Source: Thermoplasmatota archaeon (GTDB taxonomy: Archaea; Thermoplasmatota; Penumbrarchaeia; Penumbrarchaeales; Penumbrarchaeaceae). From it: 64,000 bases of DNA. The DNA lies in the NCBI GenBank assembly GCA_965234725.1, contig CBDDUX010000040.1, positions 1 through 64,000 of the forward strand, given 5' to 3'. Below are positions 59,468 to 64,000 of the stretch, piece by piece. The position numbers and the translations under genes are program-made. How positions within the stretch are numbered: position 1 is the first letter of the stretch; each line of letters opens with the position of its first letter. The notes beneath the pieces are model-generated. The model saw only the letters and a program-made list of their open reading frames with translations, made no database searches and was not told the DNA's origin.

Positions 59468-60452
59468 GATCACTCTCATTCAGGTCGTTCTTGAGGTAAC
59501 TTACAGATGCGATTCAGCCTGTGTATTCTGTTACAACTGCTGGAAAGATGATTATGATCCAGGTCCTGAGTTGAGTGTTGATGAATGGCGACCATTGATA
59601 GAGAAGATGCCGGATGTTAAAAGATATACAATTTCAGGTGGAGAACCTCTTCTGAGAAAGGACCTTTTCGATCTGATCGACCTTCTTCAGGAGAAGGTCG
59701 AACACGTTTCTGTATTGACAAATGGTATCCTGCTAGATGATAAGTGGGCAAAGGGATTCAAGAAGAGAGGGGTTTTTGTTCAGGTTCCTCTTCATGGATT
59801 AGAACAGACCCATGATGAATTGGTCGGTGTGAAAGGTGGATTCAGAAAGGCTGTGAGAGGGATAGCTTATCTGAAGAAACATGGACTTGATTATGCCGTA
59901 TCCGTTGTTGGTAATAAGAAAAATATTGGTGAGATCAAGAAAGTATTCGAACTTGGGGTTGCTCTTGGAGCTTCTGAACTGTTGGCCATCAGGTTCCTCC
60001 CCGGAGGAGAGGGATTGAGAAACACTGACCTCATGTTGAATGCTGAAGAATACGGAAGATTTTTATTTGAATTCGACAAGATCCTGAACCGATACAGGAT
60101 TTATGGAAACATGGGTGTCCCGAACATACCCTGTAAATTCCCAGAGGATAAGTTCAAAGCTCTTTATATGACGGGTTGTAGCGCTGGTGTAAATTGGGTG
60201 ACTCTGGATCCAACAGGTAGAGTCCGGGTATGCAATCATTCCCCTACCATTCTCGGTGACCTGAGAGAACAGGATTTCGAAGAGATATGGGAAAATCCGA
60301 TCCTGAAAGAATTCAGGGATGGAAAGATGATACCAAAAGAATGCAATGGCTGTGATAAGATTGATAAATGCAGAGGAGGGTGTAGAGCAGTCGCTGAAAC
60401 CCTTTATGGAGATTGGAAAGCTCCCGATCCATTATTCAAATTATTGCCGTGA
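59457..60452 (+). CDS. Radical SAM/SPASM domain protein
   Basis: CDSACVFC, SGGEPLLR, TNG; SPASM motifs CSAG...GRVRVC...CNGC.....CRGGCR. Confidence 0.92.
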   Translation: MMTKITLIQVVLEVTYRCDSACVFCYNCWKDDYDPGPELSVDEWRPLIEKMPDVKRYTISGGEPLLRKDLFDLIDLLQEKVEHVSVLTNGILLDDKWAKGFKKRGVFVQVPLHGLEQTHDELVGVKGGFRKAVRGIAYLKKHGLDYAVSVVGNKKNIGEIKKVFELGVALGASELLAIRFLPGGEGLRNTDLMLNAEEYGRFLFEFDKILNRYRIYGNMGVPNIPCKFPEDKFKALYMTGCSAGVNWVTLDPTGRVRVCNHSPTILGDLREQDFEEIWENPILKEFRDGKMIPKECNGCDKIDKCRGGCRAVAETLYGDWKAPDPLFKLLP

Positions 60453-60477
60453 AAAATAATGAATGTATTAAGAGTCC

Positions 60478-60522
60478 TTGTGAAAGCTCCAAGACCCACG
60501 GATAAGACAAGGATCCTTTGAA
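60478..60522 (+). repeat. Direct repeat copy 2 (orphan remnant of a cupin 3' end)
   Basis: TTGTGAAAGCTCCAAGACCCACGGATAAGACAAGGATCCTTTGAA; encodes VKAPRPTDKTRIL* versus VKAPRPTDKTRII* in the cupin. Confidence 0.85.
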
Positions 60523-60660
60523 TTCTTCTACATTATTAACAAGCTTTAGACCAGTCCCAATGGGAAATGAAAATGATTTTTCTTTATAATAATTCAATAT
60601 TCCCTATCCATCATGTTGGAAAAAGATTATTATATTCCTAAGCACAATGGATATGTTGAG

Positions 60661-60747
60661 ATGTCCGAAGACGAAAGAAAACGAGATCTTGAGGTGATCA
60701 GGAAACTCCTTGACGAGCATGAGGATATGCTCGTTTCATTGAGTTAA
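60661..60747 (+). CDS. 28-aa acidic helical peptide, putative antitoxin of the convergent Doc-like gene
   Basis: MSEDERKRDLEVIRKLLDEHEDMLVSLS*. BRE/TATA-like GAAAAAGATTATTATA about 30 nt upstream; stop overlaps the Doc stop (TTAA). Confidence 0.5.
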   Translation: MSEDERKRDLEVIRKLLDEHEDMLVSLS

Positions 60748-61187
60748 ATCAAATGCTCCTCAATGAATTCTCTACATAGTTCATCCACATCATTTCTTTC
60801 TTCTACAAGCACATCAACACTATGTGATCCGTAGTGTCCGTATGTTTTCAATCTCAGAGAATACATTTTTTTCTGGAATTCCACTGCATCCGTATCAGAA
60901 TAATGCAGATTTCTACCGTTTTTAATAAGGAAAAGTGTTGCCGAGATCAAAGCTGTTCTATGGTTTGCGTCAGGAAACGATTGGAGAAGAATGATATTCT
61001 TAAGATAATAAGAAGCAATATTGATGAGATCTCCATCTGGCGAATATCTTATCAAGCATTCTATGTTTGATTTGAGAATCGGATATTCGAATCTGCTTCC
61101 ATATTCAATCTGATCGTTTTCGAGAGACCTCTGATATATCTCCTCATTGATGTCGATGATCGTCTCCAATTCCAGTTTCTCAATCAT
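60744..61187 (-). CDS. Fic/Doc family protein (Doc-like, variant motif)
   Basis: A..YL..I.LLQSFPDANHRTA......FL..NG, matching the Doc core HxFxD(A/G)N(K)R; ATG at 61187. Confidence 0.85.
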   Translation of the reverse strand: MIEKLELETIIDINEEIYQRSLENDQIEYGSRFEYPILKSNIECLIRYSPDGDLINIASYYLKNIILLQSFPDANHRTALISATLFLIKNGRNLHYSDTDAVEFQKKMYSLRLKTYGHYGSHSVDVLVEERNDVDELCREFIEEHLI

Positions 61188-61331
61188 CAATAGAAAAGGA
61201 GAATGTAGATAATAAAAGTGTGTCAATATAATTGAAGGGTCACATTTCCAAAATATTATATGCCAAACCGATCATAATGATATTGGAATTTGAGTTGAGA
61301 GTTCCAATTCGATCGTGCATGGTGATCAATA

Positions 61332-63443
61332 TTGGGAGATGTTAGAAGATCCGCATATAGAGAACCGGTCACACCCGAAGGTATTCGGGGAATCGAGAAC
61401 AGGACCCTTGAGAGGTTCGACGATGATATGTTCGCCAATCTCAATACCGGGGTCCTTGAACAGTATCTTGAGGACAGGAACCGGACGGAGTCGTTTGAAT
61501 TATCTCATTTCAACCTGAAAAAGGTCCTGTTGATGATCATTTTGGTAGGGCTACCGTTCACTTTGATCACCCAGTACGCGACCCTAAAAACCGGTGTAAT
61601 GCTCGGCGGGGCCTTCTATATTACTTACATCATCGGTCTGGGATTGAAATGGTCCCCCACTGAGATCAATATTTCAGCAGGAGCTGCAACAGCCGCTGAG
61701 AAGACGATTACAGGTTTCGTTTTCACTTTTCCTGCGATCTACATCCTTGCTAGTGCAGGATTCCTGGGCGATTATGAGATTGTAAGCGGTGGAAGTTTCT
61801 CTTCCTTTCCTATGATGATGTTGATAATCATCTGTTCAATAGTATCATCATTCCTTGGATTGATGTACATGGTGGTCCTGAGAAGATTATGGATCGTCGA
61901 GGACCCCCTTCCCACCCCTGGATTCCAGGCAACCGTAAAGTTACTGCACATATCAGATACAATTAGATTGGGTGGAACTTACGAATTGAAAGGAACATTT
62001 AAAAAGATCGGGTATTCCGTACTTGGAATGGTATTACTTGGTACAGTTACAGACCTTCCATTGATCAAGATAGGGAAATATGTCAAACCATTGATAGATG
62101 GACTTTTCCATTCTGTTAACCTTGGTAGATGGATCAATGATGGTATTATAAGGACCCCTCCAAGGGTATCGGTCCTTTCTCGACCTTCGTTTGAGATCTC
62201 CGGTCTTCTATTTGCAGTAGGCTGGTTCTTGAGAAAAAAAGGAGCTGCAGTGATACTTTTTGGATCACTACTCTCCTGGTTCGTTATGGTCCCATCAGCA
62301 GTGATCCTTGGTCTTCCCATCGAGGTCAACCCTATAGATGATTCAGGGCCAATGACCATTAGACTTAATGATCTAAGCTATAATGACTTCCCACTTTTTG
62401 GGTTAAATATCAACTCTTCTGTCTCCGAGGTAGCTTTTGGTAATTATATTCATCCAGTTGCAATTGGTGTGATCCTGGGAGCAGGATTGGTGGCAATATT
62501 CAAGGTACTTCCTGGATTGACCTCTATCCTTAGAAGGTCAAGAAAAACCGATTCAATGGGAGATCCAGGAATTGAAAGAAACGAAGAGAGATATGAAGTG
62601 CCGAAGAGATTCGTCATCCCGGCTGTCCTTGCTGCTTTCCTTACGATCATATTGACTTTCCCATTGTTTGGTGGATTTGATATCTTCAGCTCCGTCATAT
62701 TGGGTCTGGTCCTTATACCGATCACGATTTTTCTGAGTGCTGTTAGTGTTAAGATCATAGGAGAGATCGGTCTTTCTCCAACATCCATTATATCGATCCT
62801 CCTGGTATTCGTGCTCATTATTATCCTAAGGATGTTGTTATCACCTTCCGGTGATGAAAGATGGGATATTGTCCTAATGGTTCTCCTCTCAACAACAATA
62901 TTTCTCTGCACAATGGCCCTATCCGCTGATCTGATCCTTGATTTCAAGGCTGGATTGTATGCAGGAACAAGGCCCTATCATTTGATGAAAGGTCAAACAA
63001 TTGGGATCTTGTTGGGTATCTCATTTGCGGGTTTCTTTGCTTACCTTTTATCTGGACTCGTTATTAAGGGCCCCGGATTGGCCCCTCAAGCAAGGATGCT
63101 TGCCGATACCGTGGTCTGGGTAATTAGCGGAGAAATACCATGGAATCTATTGGGTTTGGGTTTATTCATTGGTATCTTTGTTGAACTTCTGACCGGATTG
63201 GGAACTGCATTTGCCATCGGTATGTTCGTCCCATTCCAAATCCCTCTTGGAATATTTATCGGAGCAGCGGGAAGGGACCTCTGGGAGAAGAAATGGTTGA
63301 TGAAAAAGGCCCGGACATTCAGATGGACCGATCGGGAGATTACGATAAAGACCCTGGATTCATACATGGTAATGGTCGGTCTGATCATCGGAGAGGCTCT
63401 TTTCGGGGCGGTCTCAGCAATTTTCCTGATATTGACAACCTGA
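61332..63443 (+). CDS. OPT/YSL family oligopeptide transporter
   Basis: YATLKTG, EINI, GFVFTFPA, LRRLWIVEDPLPTPG..A, GEIGLSP, ADLILDFKAG...GTRP, APQA, GLIIGEA; many TM helices. Confidence 0.9.
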   Translation: MGDVRRSAYREPVTPEGIRGIENRTLERFDDDMFANLNTGVLEQYLEDRNRTESFELSHFNLKKVLLMIILVGLPFTLITQYATLKTGVMLGGAFYITYIIGLGLKWSPTEINISAGAATAAEKTITGFVFTFPAIYILASAGFLGDYEIVSGGSFSSFPMMMLIIICSIVSSFLGLMYMVVLRRLWIVEDPLPTPGFQATVKLLHISDTIRLGGTYELKGTFKKIGYSVLGMVLLGTVTDLPLIKIGKYVKPLIDGLFHSVNLGRWINDGIIRTPPRVSVLSRPSFEISGLLFAVGWFLRKKGAAVILFGSLLSWFVMVPSAVILGLPIEVNPIDDSGPMTIRLNDLSYNDFPLFGLNINSSVSEVAFGNYIHPVAIGVILGAGLVAIFKVLPGLTSILRRSRKTDSMGDPGIERNEERYEVPKRFVIPAVLAAFLTIILTFPLFGGFDIFSSVILGLVLIPITIFLSAVSVKIIGEIGLSPTSIISILLVFVLIIILRMLLSPSGDERWDIVLMVLLSTTIFLCTMALSADLILDFKAGLYAGTRPYHLMKGQTIGILLGISFAGFFAYLLSGLVIKGPGLAPQARMLADTVVWVISGEIPWNLLGLGLFIGIFVELLTGLGTAFAIGMFVPFQIPLGIFIGAAGRDLWEKKWLMKKARTFRWTDREITIKTLDSYMVMVGLIIGEALFGAVSAIFLILTT

Positions 63444-63573
63444 AGGATCATATATACCATATTCGAAAGAGAACTTGGAAGGAAGATCCATGATTTTCAA
63501 GGCATTGGTTTGATTTTTATACCTTATATCATATTCAAAATGGGAATGATCGAGGAAGGATAACGGTGGTCCT

Positions 63574-64000
63574 GTGATATTGAGTGTAATCTCCTTGATA
63601 TTGGGTCTGGTCCTTGCAGGTATATCATATGGATTCGGGATCGCTCGATTGAGGAAATGGAAGGCAATGAGGGATACACCGACCAGAAAAATAGTAGATA
63701 TAGAGCCAGGAAGGGTCGAGGTGGAGGGGCGTCTTTCTCCTATTCCCGGAAGGCTCCTCAAAGGTCCTGTTTCGGGAAAACCATGCATCAGTTATGAGGT
63801 AAAGGTCCAGGAATATCATTCCAGTAAGAACGGGGGTCATTGGAGGACCATACACAAAGAGAGAGAAGGTGGTCCTTTCCTGTTGAAGGATGATTCCGGT
63901 ATGGTCGTTGTGGATCCCAAGGGTGGGAAGATGAGATCGGTCCTTTCACTTTTTCAAAGACAGGGGACATTCAGTGAACTGAATGATTCAGCCAGGACCT
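63574..64000 (+). CDS. GIDE domain (MUL1/SP1-like) membrane protein, truncated by the window end
   Basis: TM helix then DTPTRKI..I.PGRVEVEG....LKGPVSGKPCISY...EY......W.....PFLLKDDSG.V.VDPKG. GTG start with a GGTGG RBS; no stop before 64000. Confidence 0.78.
   Translation, partial: MILSVISLILGLVLAGISYGFGIARLRKWKAMRDTPTRKIVDIEPGRVEVEGRLSPIPGRLLKGPVSGKPCISYEVKVQEYHSSKNGGHWRTIHKEREGGPFLLKDDSGMVVVDPKGGKMRSVLSLFQRQGTFSELNDSART

Noticed and set aside
60459-60521. 20-aa ORF after the radical SAM/SPASM gene as a RiPP precursor
   Set aside because: It is the duplicated cupin C-terminus; no leader/core pattern or RRE partner is visible.
1-64000. tRNA, rRNA, integrase or transposase genes
   Set aside because: None recognised by eye in the intergenic gaps or ORFs; a tRNAscan-SE or ISEScan run would be needed to exclude them fully.

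Overview
64 kb of archaeal chromosome, most likely an uncultured Thermoplasmatota lineage. This is inferred from aIF-2beta with a C-terminal TRAM domain, radB, a two-domain ThyX, GGTGA/GGAGG-type ribosome binding sites and BRE/TATA promoters. Housekeeping genes (radB, argS, aIF-2beta, mutS, thyX, pgi, pycB/pycA, arsC, hcp, an OPT transporter) are interleaved with many large secreted or surface-anchored proteins. The best candidates for undescribed systems are (1) a tightly packed four-gene operon at 3792-15587: an 18-Ig-domain surface stalk, a MIDAS-intact vWA protein, a CDC48-like AAA ATPase fused to extracellular Ig domains and about ten membrane helices, and a small membrane protein; and (2) a 2210-aa surface-tethered protein at 47269-53901 with Ca-binding repeats, a fascin-like trefoil, a beta-propeller and an internal hydrophobic helical bundle reminiscent of pore-forming domains. 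Features absent from the ORF track include a 38-aa six-Cys microprotein (37362-37478), a 28-aa putative antitoxin convergent with a Doc-like gene (60661-60747), a 45-bp direct repeat of the cupin 3' end bracketing a 4-kb low-GC cassette, a gene split by one in-frame TAA (58062-58697), a partial GIDE-domain gene at the window end and several RNA hairpins. I recognised no tRNA, rRNA, CRISPR array, integrase or transposase. All calls come from reading motifs by eye; no searches were run.
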